DNA of 63,863 nucleotides, filler included, from Chiloscyllium plagiosum (taxonomy: Eukaryota), in the NCBI RefSeq assembly GCF_004010195.1. It is 3 parts of one record of this genome, joined end to end, with 100 filler letters (N's around TTAATTAATTAA, not from the genome) between each part and the next. Parts side by side here need not be neighbours in the genome. Positions count along the whole stretch, not along the records: positions 1 to 28,382 come from NC_057711.1; positions 28,483 to 53,578 come from NC_057711.1; 1 more part is not named here. One strand, given 5' to 3'. The notes beneath the pieces were generated by a model. It worked only from the letters and a program-made list of their open reading frames with translations, did no database searches and was not told where the DNA came from. Below, piece by piece: positions 24,960 through 39,350 of the stretch. Position numbers and translations under genes: made by a program. How positions within the stretch are numbered: position 1 is the first letter of the stretch; the number at the start of each line of letters is the position of its first letter.

Positions 24960-26250
24960 AAGTGAACATAAGTCCCTTAGAGAATGAAGATGAACAAATA
25001 ATAATGAGGAATCAGGAAATGGCAGAGGAATTGCATCAGTCTTCATAGTGGAAGACACTAACAGTATTCCAAAATGATAAAATATTCAACGGCCCCAAAG
25101 TGGTGAAGGAGTGAGGAAAGGGAGGAAATAAATACAATAACTATTACTGGAGACAGAGTGCTCAGGAAACTAATGGGACTAAAGGCCACTAAGTCCCCAG
25201 GATCTGATGGGATACACCCCTGGATCCGAGAGGAATTAGCTACAGAGATAGTGAATGCATTGGGAGTAATCTTCCAGGAATTCTCAGATTCTTGAAAGCT
25301 CCCTGAATGTTGGAAACAAAAACAGAAATTGCTGGAAATTCTCAGCAGGTTTGGCAGCATGTGTGTAGAGAAATCAGAGTTAACGTTTCAGGTCCAGTGA
25401 CCTTTCTTCAGAAACACTGACTTCCCGCATCTGATATCCTTTGGTCTTTTTTATCCAGAGGATTGGAAAATGGTCAATTTCAAAGGTTTATTTAAAAAGG
25501 GAAGCAGATGAAAAATAGGTAGCTTAACATCTGTTAGTGGGAAAATGTTTGGAACTATTCTAGAGGATGGAATAGCAGAGCATTGAGAAACACAGACTCT
25601 GAGCAAGCAGAGGATCAGCGTGGGTTCACAAAGGAGAAATCACACCTGACACATTTACTGGAATTCTTTACGGAGGTAACTAGCTGGATAAATGAAGGGA
25701 GAGCAGTGGATGTAACCGATTTGGATAGGCAACTTAATAAGATGAGAGTGCACGATGTTGGAAGCAGAATATGAATATGGATAGAGGATTGGCTAACTGA
25801 TAGAAGACAGAGAGTTGGGATAAGGGGGATATTAGATTAGATTCCCTACAATGTGGAAACAGGCCCTTCGGCCCAGCCAGTCCACACCGACCCTCCAAAG
25901 AGTAACCCACACAGACCCACTTCCCCTCTGACTAATGTACCTAACACTACGGGCAATTTAACATGGCCAATTCACCTGACCTGCACATCTTTGGACTGTG
26001 GGAGGAAACCGGAGCACCCGGAGGAAACCCACGCAGACACGGGGAGAATGTACAAACACCACACAGTCACCTGAGGCTGGTATCAAATCTGGGACCCTGG
26101 TGCTGTGAGACAGCAGGGCTAACCACTGAGCCACCGTGCTGCCCAATTTTCAGAATGGCCATCTGTAACTAGTGGAGTGCCACAAGGATCAGAACAGGAA
26201 GCACAATTATTTACAAAATATATGAATGACCTGGATGAAGAATGTGAACG
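24960..26250 (+). mobile_element. Decayed CR1 RT region with nested terminal repeat and SINE
   Basis: KSPGSDGIHP, GFTKEKSHLTHLLEFF, SGVPQGS remnants. Confidence 0.75.
25379..25415 (-). ncRNA. Minimal hammerhead ribozyme motif in a terminal-repeat fragment
   Basis: Minus strand CTGAAGA-A-AGGTC ACTG GACCT-GAAACGTT-AAC with a perfect 5-bp stem II. Confidence 0.6.
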
Positions 26251-27503
26251 TTCCTCCAGTACTAGCTGTTGACTGTCAATGGGGTAGCACATTGGAAAGT
26301 AAGACCCACTGTTCCCAGAGTCAGTACACACACTAAAGCTTATTAACAATATATGGAATTAACCAATCTCCCTGTCTTTTAGATCCAGACCAACAGGAGG
26401 CACCAACCAGGTTTCTGCACATAACGTTAATTACTATTTACCACAAATAAATAGACTGTAGCTACAGTAAAACTATGCTGCACTGCTGGCATATACCTGT
26501 ACTGGCTAAACGTGCAGCCCCCTTATAAACACCCCCTTACACACTCACAGAAACAAATACAAACAAAAACTGGGTCTTATGGGTGGAGGGAAAGATTGGA
26601 AAGACAGGTTATTGATCCCTGTTCACAGGATCTGTTGAAATGGTTCTTGCCCTGATGAGTATGTTGCTTCTCAGACTTCCTTCCTACTTCCACTTGGAAT
26701 GCAAAAGGAGTGGAGGTAGTTGCAATTGAAGCTATTTATCGGCATTGGATGATTATTTGGATATAAGTAATGTGCTGGGACATGTGGGAAAGGACAGGAG
26801 ATTGGCACTAGATAATGGGATTGTTCCAGGCATGGTGGGCTGAATGGCCTTCTTCTGCACTGTAGCCATACTGAGATTCTGAGGCCAACTAGTCTCAAAG
26901 ATATTTGGAGTTCAAAGGCTGTAAGGCAGAAACAATCACTATGTCCCTCTGACTGAGTGCTTTTTGTTCAACCATGGGATGTGGATGTCATGGTCTGGGG
27001 TCTGTATTTATCATCCGTCCCTCATTTCCCAGAGAGCAGTTAAGAGTCGCCCATATTGCTGTGGGTCTGGAGTCACATGTAGGCCAGACCAGGTAAGGGT
27101 GGCAGATTCCCTCCCTAAAGGACATTAGTGAACCAGATGGGTTTTTACAACAGTCATAGAGTCATATGGTTGTGGAAATTAATAATTAATTAATTTTAAC
27201 TTTTGATTCCAACTGTTTTTGAATTGAATTCATATTTCACCCTCTACCATGGGGTCTCACTCCCCCTTCCCTTCACCATCTCAGCCATTAGCCTGGAATT
27301 CTGGAATATTATCTGACGACATTCCCACCACAGCACTGTCTCCCCTCAGCTGTGTTCTCAGGATGCACTCCCACTGATCTCCCTCCGGCCCCAGCCCCCA
27401 CGTCCACACTGTGCTCTCCAAGGAGCTGTGGTCCAGCCTGGACTCTCTCTGGGCAAGGGTCTCAGAAACACCACTCAATACTGAAACAAAGAGACCCATA
27501 CTG

Positions 27504-27517
27504 CCAGCAGAGGGCAG
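27504..27517 (+). promoter_or_regulatory. Candidate CTCF core motif
   Basis: CCAGCAGAGGGCAG fits CCASYAGRKGGCRS; motif match only. Confidence 0.3.
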
Positions 27518-28382
27518 TCCATACCTTAATGTTTGTTAAGACAGAGATGAGGAGGAATTTCTTCTCTCAGAGGGGAGTGATGTTGAGGAAGTCTTCACCA
27601 CAGATGGTGGGTCATTAAGTATACTCGTATGGAGAAATGAGTAAGGATATAAAGTGATGGGGAAAAGGCAGAAAGTAGAGTTGAGGGTTATACATTTGGC
27701 CATGATCTCATTGAATCGAATCTCACACTAAACTCCTGAAGAATATATGTATAATCTGTTTTACATTTCCTCACAAAACAATCCCTCCATCCCAGGAATT
27801 CGTTTAGTGAACCCATGTTGCTGTCCCGCTATGGCGAATATTTCTTTCCTTAAGGCAGCTAAATTGCACACCATGCTTCAAGTGAAATCTCAGCAGAAGT
27901 GCATTCAACATCTTTACTCCTAAGCACAAATAATCCTTTAGGAAATGCCAATATACCATTTACCTTTTTAATTGCTTACTGTACCTGCACATTAACTTTC
28001 AGTGATTTATTTTCTCAAGAACACCCACATCTCAATCCAGCTCAGCCTTTCAGTCTTTCAGAAAGACTCTGTCTCTCTGTTTTCACTGTGAAGGTGAAAC
28101 CCTCACATTTGATGTGTTGAATTCCATCTGCCTTTTGTCTTCCTGATAACCCAGCCTTTCTGAACCTACTGCTCACATCCCTCCCTCCTCACAGGCCATA
28201 CTCCCACATTCCTGTTTAATCAGGAGTCAACATAAATAAGAAAGCAGCAGGTTAATGGGTGAATGGACACTGTGTATGTGTGTGTGTGTATGTGAGTGTG
28301 CGTGTGTCTGTGTGTGTGTGAGTGTGTGTGTGTCTGTGTGTGTGCATGTGTTTGTATGTATGTGTGTATGTGTGTGTCTCAG

Positions 28383-28482
28383 NNNNNNNNNNNNNNNNNN
28401 NNNNNNNNNNNNNNNNNNNNNNNNNNTTAATTAATTAANNNNNNNNNNNNNNNNNNNNNNNNNNNNNNNNNNNNNNNNNNNN
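28383..28482. other. Artificial 100-bp join: 44N-TTAATTAATTAA-44N
   Basis: Six-frame stop linker centred in Ns; identical structure at 53579-53678. Confidence 0.95.
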
Positions 28483-28975
28483 GTTTTGCATTTCTTGCGG
28501 TTGCAGGGGAAGGTGCCAGGAGTGGAGGTTGGGTTGGTGGGGGGTGTGGACCTGACGAGGGAGTCACGGGAGGAGTGCCCTTTCCGGAACGCTGATAGGG
28601 GTGGGGAGGGAAATATATCCCTGGTGGTGGGGTCCGTTTGGAGGTGGCGGAAATGACGAAGGATGATCCGATGTATCTGGAGGTTGGTGGGGTGGTAGGT
28701 GAGGACTAATTCCAATACCGAACAACCCAGATGGTCTCCTTCTTCAAAGACCGCAATTTCCCCCCAGACGTGGTCGACGATGCTCTCCACCGCATCTCCT
28801 CCACTTCCCGCTCCTCTGCCCTTGAACCCCGCCCCTCCAATCGCCACCAGGACAGAACCCCTCTAGTCCAGAACTGTGCTGAGGACGGGTCACTAGACCT
28901 GAAACATTAACGCAGATTGCTCTCCACAGATGCTGCCAGACCTGCTGAGCTTTTCCAGCAATTTCTGCTTTTGTT
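28483..28975. mobile_element. Penelope fragment with internal inversion plus terminal repeat
   Basis: LTYHPTNLQIHRIILRHF on - strand, FFKDRNFPPDVVDDAL...DRTPLV on + strand, degenerate hammerhead at 28879-28908. Confidence 0.8.
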
Positions 28976-31900
28976 ACAACACTGAGGATTACTGGCTTAT
29001 TGGAGATAAGACATTAAACCAGGACCACAACTGCACTCAGTTTAGCTCTCATTTGTTCAGGGAAAGTGGGCATCTCTGGCTGGGCCAACATTTATTACCC
29101 AATCCTAGTTGCCCTGGATAAGTTAGTGGTGAGCTGCTTTATTGAACATCTGTAATCCACTGGGATATAGGGACATGCATAATGCTACAACTGAGGAAGT
29201 TTTAGGTGATACTGAAGGAGTGTTGATATAGTTCCAAGTCAAGATGATGGATGGTTTGGAGGGGGAGTCTGCAGGTGGTGGTGTTCCCATTAATCTGATG
29301 CTCTGGTCTTAGTGAATAATGGGAGTCAGGGATTTGGAAGGGGATGTCGGAAGAGGATTACTGAATTATCATCTTGTGGATGATATAAACAGAAGCCACT
29401 GTGTGTCAGTGGTGGAGGAAATGAGTGTTGAAGATGTCGGATAGCATACCAATAAGTGGGTTGCTTCGTCCTGGACAGCTTTGAACTTGCTCTGATCCCA
29501 GCTGATGGTAATATTTGATGATAGTCAGAGGAACCTGCAGCTGCTGGTGTTCTCATGTAATGGCTGCTTTGTCTTGAAAGGTACTTTGAGAGGTGAGTTG
29601 CTACATGGGTTAAACATGTTGGAATTTCTAAATGGTTGGCATAGCATCACAACCACGATCGAGTGAAATTCCCTCCAGCCACCCTCTCCACTGATCTGGT
29701 ACAACTCGCGCTGTGCACCACTGCTGGGAGTGATGAGGAAGATCAGAGTACCTGACCCAGCCCTCCCCTCATTTGCTCTTCAAACATAATCCAAACAATT
29801 TACAATCGTATCTCCCAGACCGTGCAGGAAGGAAGGCTACAGGGTGGGCAGTTGACAAGCAGGCAGAAGTAAAACAAACAGACAAACACCACTGTCTTGA
29901 CAGGCGAAGGAAATAAGTCCCATTACCCAAATGGCTGCCACCATCTGCTTTTGCATTTACAGCTAATTACACAGAGAAGTTGAAAAGCAATCTCAGAACA
30001 GGAATAGTATCAACATTAGCAATCACTGGCCATATGGGAACTGTTTCACATCATGGAGTGACAGCAGCTCATTATAGTCTAGTCACTGCTTCAGTAACGT
30101 ACAGGTCAGTCTTTCACTTGGATCATCAGGACACCGCTATGTCAGTGATCATGGTGATCTACTCCCACACCACCTTGCTGCTACGTTCATTTAACACTGC
30201 AGTCTGGTCATTTTGATTGGTTTTATAGAGGTATAAGGTACGAGCAGCAGACTGCCTGCTCTGAGCCACCAGTTTCACAGTGTTCACGGTTTAAAAAGGC
30301 TCCACATGGATTCAGATCATTCTCCAGGTAGGGGAGCTGAGCAAATTGAGGAAGGGTCGGTGGGGTGGGGTGGGATGGGGTGGAGCTGGAATACTCCCAC
30401 AGTGTGGCGCAACTAGACTTTGAAAAGTTATCCAACAAATTTCCACACGCCAGAGGGTGCATGTTAACCTCAAAGCTGTGGCAATTCAAGATCCTTACTA
30501 TGGTCATAATGTGGAAACTGGGCATTAAGCCCCACAGTCGAGGTACGTGCCTCATCTTTTCAGAGTGACTAGAATAGAGTAGAATCCCTCATGTAAAAAC
30601 AAGTCCACACAGACTCTCCGAACAGCATCGCACCCAGACTCAATCCCCTACCCTATCCCTGTAACTCTGCCTTTCCCATGGCTAATCCACATAGCCTGCA
30701 CATCCCTGGACACTCAGGGCAATTTAGCATGGCCCAACCACCTAGCCCTCACACCTTTAGACTGTGGGAGGAAACCGGAGCACCCAGAGGAAACCTGCAC
30801 AGATATAGAGAGAATGTGCAAACACCACACAGACAGTTGCCCAAGGCTGGAATTGAACCTGGGACCCTGTGAGGCAGCAGTGCTAACCACTGAGTCACCG
30901 TGCCACTCCATCCTGTCCCTCAATCTTTTGTTGAACTGTTCACTTGTGTAGTTTACATGGGGGTTACAACATGAGGATTGGGCTCTTGGTCACAGTCATT
31001 TTCTGGTACAAAAACAGATTGACCCTGCTATTCCCAAATCCATGCCTCCAATTTGATTTGACTTTCCTCACTAACTGCCTCAGGAAATGTACTCCATAGA
31101 CTTATATTCCATAGAATTTTCCCCAGGTCTACAGCTCACTGAATGCTTATCTGTTGCTCCTCGATCTAGAATCCCACAGTTATAGAGTCACAGAGATGTA
31201 CAGCGTGGAAACAAACCCTTCAGTCTAACTCATCCATGCTGACCAGATATCCTAAATTAATCTAATCCCATTTGCCAGCATTTGGCCCATATCCCTTTAA
31301 ACCCTTCCTATTCATGTCCCCATCCAGATGCCTTTTAAATGCTGTAATTGTACCAATCTCCACCACTTCCTCTGGCAGCTCATTCCATACACGCACCACC
31401 CTCTGAGTGAAAACGTTACCCCTCAGGTCCCTTTGAAACCTTTCCTCTCTCACCTTGAACTTATGCGTTCTTGTTGAAGACAGTCTGCTCCAAGCTAAAC
31501 TACTGAATTCTTTGCAAATTTTAAACTTCAATTGCCTCACTCCATAGTTTGACAGTTAAAACTTCTGTTTTTCAAATCATTGCACCCTGTCTCCTCAGAG
31601 TGGGTGAATCTGTATTATACACACTGCGAAGCCTCAATACCCTTCGTATTTTTAAGAATCCTTGTCCGTATTGTACCCAAGGTCTAATTAAAGTTTGATA
31701 TCAGCTCATCAGTACCTGACATGTCAGCCTGGATCATTGTGAGAGCACTTTTACCCAAGCCAGAAAGTTGTGGTTCCAGTTTCACTGCAGAGACCTGACC
31801 ACAGAGAAACTCAGTTGATTCTGCAATGCGGTATTGTGGAGGAGGGGGGGGTGACCTGCTGTCTTTCAGAAATGATTTTGAACTAGTCGCAACATGGACA

Positions 31901-33114
31901 TGAAATATTGCTTGGCATTATTCCCAAGACCCCAGCATTTATAGCTGGTGATCTGGTCAATATTTACCCTTCAATCAGCATTACATTATCAAGCCACATG
32001 TTCCCTGACCACACAGCTGTGTGGTGGAAGGCTCTGTGCTGTCACATTGCGATCACGGAAATGTTTCCAAAATACTCCATTGCTTGTAATGCACTTGCAA
32101 ACACTCTGAAGGCACAACATCAGTGTAGGTCTTCCTTTCTTGATCGGGAAGATATGAGGAGCAACATGATTTAGAAAAACAATTTGTGATAATGATTTTC
32201 TGCATTACAACACTCTTGACCATAATGTTTAACAAACCAGAACCTGGATTGTGAAATGTTCCAGGACATCCTGAGGTGGTGAAATGCAGCTCAGATGTGG
32301 AAGTTGATTGCAGTGAGGTGCTAATTACTGAGCTGTCTTCCGAGGAGTCTTCATACTCATGCATTGAGACATCCAATTCAATACTTTCCCTTCTGCTTCT
32401 TAACTATATAGTTACCTCCTTTCAGTTACAGGAGCATATGGACATACAAATTAGGAACAGGAGATCACTACTCAACCTCTCCAGCTAAGATCATGGCCTC
32501 AACCCCTCATTCCCCATCGAATAGTTTGACTCCCTTGTTAGTCAACAATCTATCCAACTATATCTTAACAATATTCAATGACCTCTCTTTCACTGCTTCG
32601 TGGGGGAGGAGTCTCTCAAATGGACAGCTCTAACTTTTGAACAGTGACCTCTGTTTGTAGTCTCTCCCACAAGGGGAAATATCAAACACCCGGGCACAAT
32701 CAATGCAGTGGTACATGTTGGGAAATATGGACATAGATTAGATTAGACTACATTACAGTGTGGAAACAGGCCCTTCGGCCCAACAAGTCCACACCGCCCC
32801 GCCGAAGCGAAACCCACCCATACCCCTACATTTACCCCTTACCTAACACTACGGGCAATTTAGCATGGCCAATTCACCTGACCCTGCACATCTTTGGACT
32901 GTGGGAGGAAACCGGAGCACCCGAAGGAAACCCACGCAGACACGGGGAGAAGGTGCAAACTCCACACAGTCAGTCGCCTAAAGCGGGAATTGAACCCGGG
33001 TCTCTGGCGCTGTGAGGCAGCAGCGCTAAACACTGTGCCACCGTGCCGCCCATATGGAGTTTGACTGAACTGTGCGGATGAAATTGATAAGAAACAAATG
33101 CAAATTTCTGTACA

Positions 33115-36100
33115 CAGACCATAGAACAGTACAGTACAGGAACAGGCCCTTCGTCCCACCTTCTCTGTGCTGACCATGATGCCTTTCTAAACTAATCCCT
33201 CTACTTCCTGCCTATTCATGCACCTCTCTAAATGTGTCTTAAATGTTACAATCATACCTACTTCAACCATCTCCCCAGCACCATATTCCATCCACCCACC
33301 TGCCTCTGTGTAAAATAAATTACCTCGCACATCTCCTTTAAACTTCCCCCACTCACCTTAAACCAATGTCTCTGGTATTTGGCATTCCCACCCCAAGAAA
33401 ATGTCTCTGAGTATCTACCCTATCGATGTCTCTCAGAATTTTATACACTTCTGTCATGTCGTCCCGAAGTTCGAGCGAACCTCTCCTTCTAGCTAACACA
33501 CTCCAATCCAGGTAACATCCTGGTCAACCTCTTCTGCACCCTCTACACCATCCTTCCGATAGTGTAGCAAGCAGAACTGCACACAAAACTCCAAAATGTG
33601 GCCTAATAGCAGCAGTGTGACTTGCCAATGTTTACAGTCAAAGCCCTGACCAATGAAGGCAAGCATGCCATACCCCTTCTTTACCCTGTTACTCAGGGAG
33701 CTATGGACTTATACTCTAAGATCCCTCTATGTATCAATGCTCCCTGCCACTTACTGTATACTTTCCTCCTGCATTTGACTTCCCAAATGCATCACCTCAC
33801 ATTTGTCCGGATTAAACTCCATCTGCCATTTCTCTGCCCAACGTTCCAGCTGATCGATATCCTGCTGCATCCTTTGACAACCTTCCTCACTATCTGCAAG
33901 GTCACCAATTTTCATGCAAACCTACTAATAAGACCACCTACATTTCCATCCAAATAGTGTATATAAATTACAAACAACAGAGGTCCCAGCACTGATCCTT
34001 GTGGAATATCACCGGTCACATTCCTCCACCCCTCTACAACTACCTTCGGTCTTCAACGACCAAATCAATTTTGGATCCAACTTGCCAACTCCCATTTGCC
34101 TTCGTCTTCTGGACCAGCCCACCATGACAGACCTTCTCAAATGCTTTAGTAAAATTCATGTGGACACCACCCACTGGCCTACCCTCATCAATCCTCCTCT
34201 TCACTTCCACAAAGTTTGTGAGACAACACCTCCCCAACATAAGGCCATGCTCACTATCCCGAATGAAACAATCTTTTTCCAAATTCTGTCCCTAAGCCTC
34301 ATCTGCAATAATTCCCTATCACTGATATAAGAAATACATAAGATGAATCAGACCTACGCTCTGCAGTCCTGCCACATCCAGTGGTGAATGGTGATGGACA
34401 ATTAAACAACTCAGTGCAAGAGGAGGCTCCACAAATATCCCCACCCTCAATGATGGAAGAGCCCAGCACATCAGGGCAAAAGATAAGGCTGCAGCACCTG
34501 CATCAACCTTCAGTCAGAAATGCCGAGTGCATGATCCATCTCAGCCTCCTCCAGCGGTCCCCAGCATCACAGATACCAACCTTCAGCCATAGTACTGAAG
34601 ACTTGTGCTCCAGAACTCCCTGCTCCCCATGCCAAGCTGTTCCAGTCCTGCTACAGCACTGGCATCTGCCCGACAATGTGGAAAACTGCCCAGGTACGTC
34701 CTGTACACAAAATGCAGGATAAATCCAACCCAGCCCATTCCCACCCCATCAGTCTACTCTCCATCCTCAGTAACATGATGGAAGGGGTCAGGAACAGGGC
34801 TATCAAGCAGCACCTGCTCAGCAATAACCTGCTCAGTGACGCCCAGTTTGGGTTCCCCCAGGGTCACTCAGCTCCTGACCTCATTACAGCCTTGGGTCAA
34901 ACATGGACAAAAGAGCTGAATCCCAGAGGGGAGAAAAGAGCTGAATCCCAGAGGGGAGGGGAGAGGGACAGCCCTTGATATCAAGGCTGGATTCGACCGA
35001 GTGTGGCATCCTGGCAAAACTGGAATCAATGGGTATCGGGGGCAAACTCTCCGCTGGTTAGAGTCATCCCTGACACAGAGGAAGATGGTTGTGGTTGTTG
35101 GAGGTCAGTCATCCCAGCTCCAGGACAGCTCTGCAGGAGTCCCTCAGGATAGTGTCCTAGACCCAACCATCTTCAGCTGCTTCATCAATGACCTTCCCTC
35201 CATCACAAGGTCAGAAGTGGGGGATGTTCACCAATGATTGCACAATGTTCAGCACTTTTCACAACTCCTCAGATACTGAAGCAGTCTGTATTCAAATGCA
35301 GCCAGATCCAGACAATATCCAGGCTTGGGCTGATGAGTGGCAAATAACATTTGCGCCACACAAATGCCAGGCAATGACCATCTCCAATAAGAGACAATCT
35401 AACCACCGCCCTTGACAATGAATGGTGTTACCATCACTGAATCCCCCACTGTCACGACCCTGGGAGTTATCTTTCACAAGAAATTCAACTTCAAGATCTG
35501 GACTTTCCTTTTGGCTCTTTTTTGTTTATTTTTGCTGTTGTTTTTAATCTGTTCTTTTTTGTAGAATTAGAACTAGATTCCCTACAGGGTGGAAACAGGC
35601 CCTTCGGCCCAACAAGTCCACATCGACCCTCCGAAGAGTAATCTACCCAGACCAATTCCCCTATATTTACCCCTTAACTGATGCATCTAAACTACACATC
35701 CCTGAACATTACGGGCAATTTAGCATGGCCAATTCACCTGACCTGTACATCTTTGGACGGTGGGAGGAAACCAGAGCAAACCCATGCAGACACGGGGAGA
35801 ATGTGCAAACTCTACACAGTCAGTCGCCCGAGGCTGGAATTGAACCTGGGACCCTGGTGCTGGGAGGCAGCAGTGCTAACCACTGAGACACCGTGCCGCC
35901 CTAAAAACTATTTTCTAAAAACTATTGTTTTTTTTAAATTATGGTTTTGTAACCAAGCTGTTGCCATTGAATGGTGACTTTGTGGACTATCCACGGTACT
36001 CCTTTTTTTCCTATACTTGAGTACATGTGACAGTAAAATCTAATTCTAAATTCTATATGGACTTACCTTACAAATATCACGGCTATAAGAGCAGATCACT

Positions 36101-36600
36101 GGCTAGGTATACTCCTCTAGAGTAACTCACTTCCTGGCTCACTAAATCTAGTTCACCATCTACAAGGCACAAGTCAGGAGTGCGATAGAATACTCCCACT
36201 ACCTGGATGGGTGCAGCTCCAACAATCCTCTAGAAGCATGGCACCACATCCACAAACATTCACTCCCTCCACCACAGGTGCTCAGTAGCTAGAAGATGCA
36301 CTGCAGAAATTCACCAAAGATCCTTAGACAGCACCTTCCAAACCCACAAACACTTCCACCCTGAAGGACAAGAGCAGTAGACACATGGGAACACCACCCC
36401 CTGTATGTTCCTCTCGAAGCCACTTCCCAACCTGACTTGGAAATATGTCGCCGTTCCTTCAGTGTCGCTGGCCCAGTATGTGGATTGGCCCCACAGCATG
36501 GAGACTGTAGTGGTTCAAGAAGGCAGCTCAACACTGCATTCTCAAGGACAGCTAGGGACAGGCAGTAAATACGAGCGCAGCCAGAGATATTCCACAGAAG
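33115..36600. mobile_element. CR1 cluster: minus copy 33115-34330, plus copy 34340-36600 split by a SINE
   Basis: RT motifs (NFTKAFEKV; WKTAQVRPVHK, AQFGF, GVPQDSVLDP). Confidence 0.8.
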
Positions 36601-37766
36601 AACAAAAAGGAAGGAAGATTACATCATAATCCAGCTCTCCAATTAATACCACTTCCTTTCTTATTCTCCACAGTCCCACATTTTATTATTTGTTTTCGAT
36701 TCCTTTCTGAAAAGGATAATTGTATCTGCATCCTCTGCAGCCATCACAGTTCAGATCATCACAGCTGGTTAAAGTCAAAAGAAAACCAGTTTATTTCTCC
36801 TTTAATAGCTGCCGTAAACTGTGATTTTTTTAATTAAGAATTTTTATAAGAGCAAATGAGTCACCCTGTGCCTCCAGTAAACCAGTGACAGCATCCAGAG
36901 AAGGAGGATTGAGAACCAAGCAAATCGTGGGAGGGAACAGGGACCAATGAACTGCTTTCCTATCTTTCCCTCCACTCATAACACTTGTGTTTTATCGTGT
37001 GTGTGTGTGTGTGAATGAGTGTATATGTACGTGAGAGTGAATGAGTGTGTATGTGTGTGTCTGTGTGAGACAGAGCACTTGTGTGTGTGTGCGCGTGTAT
37101 ATATGTATATAGGGGACATTTGTAACTAATAGAGTTAGATGTCAACAATTTGAAACTGTTTCCCTGTAATTAGAGTCTATTCACTTGTAATAAATGGAAA
37201 TTCTTGTTTGTGCAGAAACCTAGCCCATGGTTTCTGCCAACTGAGTCTAGAACACTGTAAGTAATCTAATCTAATCTAAGACAGGCTAACTGGGGAATTC
37301 TGCACACTTTTGAAAATCTTAAACATTTGTACCCACACTGAGAATGGTCGGACTTGATTTCTGGTGCTCCACCCAATTAAAGCATAACGCTGTGAGCGTT
37401 ATTTCCAGATTTCATGCTCAGCTCAGATTTTTCCTCACCAGAGTCTTCCTCTGCAACATGGGTCTCTTTTGTTTTGAACTCCACACTTCTAATCTGGAAT
37501 CTCTCTCCTTTGCTCTTGTCTGAAAAACGTTCATTTTCTCCCCCTCACGTTCAAGGTTTTAATTTACAATTGCAAGGTGCTCAGAAAGCAATGCAGGTGG
37601 GGGTCACTAAATATTCTTGAGGTGGAGATGGATAGATTCTCGTCAGGCAAGGGTATTGAACGTTATCAGGGATAGGAGCAAATTACCGCAGACGCTGGAA
37701 TCTGCACTGAAAGGAACAAATGCTGGAGATCACAGCGGGGCAGACAGCAGCCATGAAGAGAGAGCA

Positions 37767-37805
37767 AGCTAACGTTTCAGGTCCAGGTGACACTTCATCA
37801 GAGCT
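37767..37805 (-). ncRNA. Minimal hammerhead ribozyme motif in a terminal-repeat fragment (37680-37805)
   Basis: Minus strand AGCT-CTGATGA-AGTGTCACCTGGACCT-GAAACGTT-AGCT with a 4-bp stem I. Confidence 0.6.
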
Positions 37806-38309
37806 AACCCACCTTTTTTTTTCAGCTATCAGGGACAGACCGGAATGTGGAATTCGGAACACAAAGAGAACTGAATAATGGAGCAAACTAAAGGGGCCAA
37901 ATGGTCTACTTCTGCTCCTAATTTGTACTTGATCGTATATTGAAATAGAGGTGGACTCAGTTGAGAAAGACCTCCAGGTTCCATCCAGGTAGAGAACAAG
38001 AAAGGGATTGAGTTGTCTGAACAACTGAGTAGAATGCAAGAGAAGGGAGTGTATAGGAAAGCAGTTGTTTGCTGGCATTATCTCAATCCCAGGGAAAGGT
38101 CTTAAGGCCTGGGCAGCTGAAGGTGCATCGACCAGCGGTGGATCAAATAAATGGTGGTGGTGGGGGGGGGGGGGGGAAGAGGTTTCCAAGGGGCCAAGAT
38201 TTGAACAGCACAGTTCCCAGAATGCATGGGGATAGAGAATAGAGAGACAGGCAATAGAGGTATTTGAAAACAAAGATGAGGATTTTCAAACTGAGGCATT
38301 GCTGAATCA

Positions 38310-39350
38310 AGAGTCATAGAGTTAGAGAGATGTACAGCACGGAAATGGACCCTTCGGTCCAACACCTCCATGTTGACCATTTATCCTAACCTAATCTAGT
38401 CCCACTGCCAGCACCCGACCCATATCCCTCCAAACCCTTCCTATTCATATTCCCATCCAAATGCTTATTAAATGTTGCAGTTGTACCAGCCTCCACCACT
38501 TCCTCCGGCAGCTCATTCCATACACGCACCATCCTCTGTGTTACCCTTTAGGTCTCTTTTATATCTTTCCCCTCTCACCCTAAACCTATGCCCTCTAGTT
38601 CTGGACTCCCTGACCCCAGGGAAAAGATTTTGTCTATTTACCCTATCCATGCCCCTCATGATTTTATAAACCTCTATAAGGTCACCCCTCAGCCTCCGAC
38701 GCTCCAGGGAAAACAGCCCCAGCCTNNNNNNNNNNNNNNNNNNNNNNNNNNNNNNNNNNNNNNNNNNNNNNNNNNNNNNNNNNNNNNNNNNNNNNNNNNN
38801 NNNNNNNNNNNNNNNNNNNNNNNNNNNNNNNNNNNNNNNNNNNNNNNNNNNNNNNNNNNNNNNNNNNNNNNNNNNNNNNNNNNNNNNNNNNNNNNNNNNN
38901 NNNNNNNNNNNNNNNNNNNNNNNNCATTTATCTGAATTAAACTCCATCTGCCACTTCTCAGCCCATTGGCCCATCTGGTAATCTGAGGTAACCCTCTTCG
39001 CTGTCCTCTACACCTCCAATTTTGGTGTCATCTGCAAACTTACTAACTGTACGTCTTATGCTCGCATCCAAATCATTTAAATAAAATGATGAAAAGTAGT
39101 GGACTCAGCACTGATCCTTGTGGCACTCCACTGTCACAGGCCTCAAGTCTGAAAAACAACCCTCCACCACCACCCTCTGCCTTCTACCTTTGAGCCAGTT
39201 CTGTATCCAAATGGCTAGTTCTCCCTGTATTCCATGCGATCTAACCTTGCTAATCAGTATCCCATTGGGAACCTTGTCGAACACCTGACTGAAGTCCATA
39301 TAGATTACATCCACCACTCTGCCCTCTTCAATCCTCTTTGTTACTTCTTT
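38310..39350 (-). mobile_element. CR1 LINE 3' portion containing a gap
   Basis: DVIYMDFSQVFDKVP, WQMEFNSDK, RRLRGDLIEVYKI; another 3' end of the same family at 31180-31472. Confidence 0.9.

Noticed and set aside
28427..28438. TTAATTAATTAA as a piggyBac site or homeobox motif
   Set aside because: Centred in a symmetrical N run twice, so it is an artificial linker
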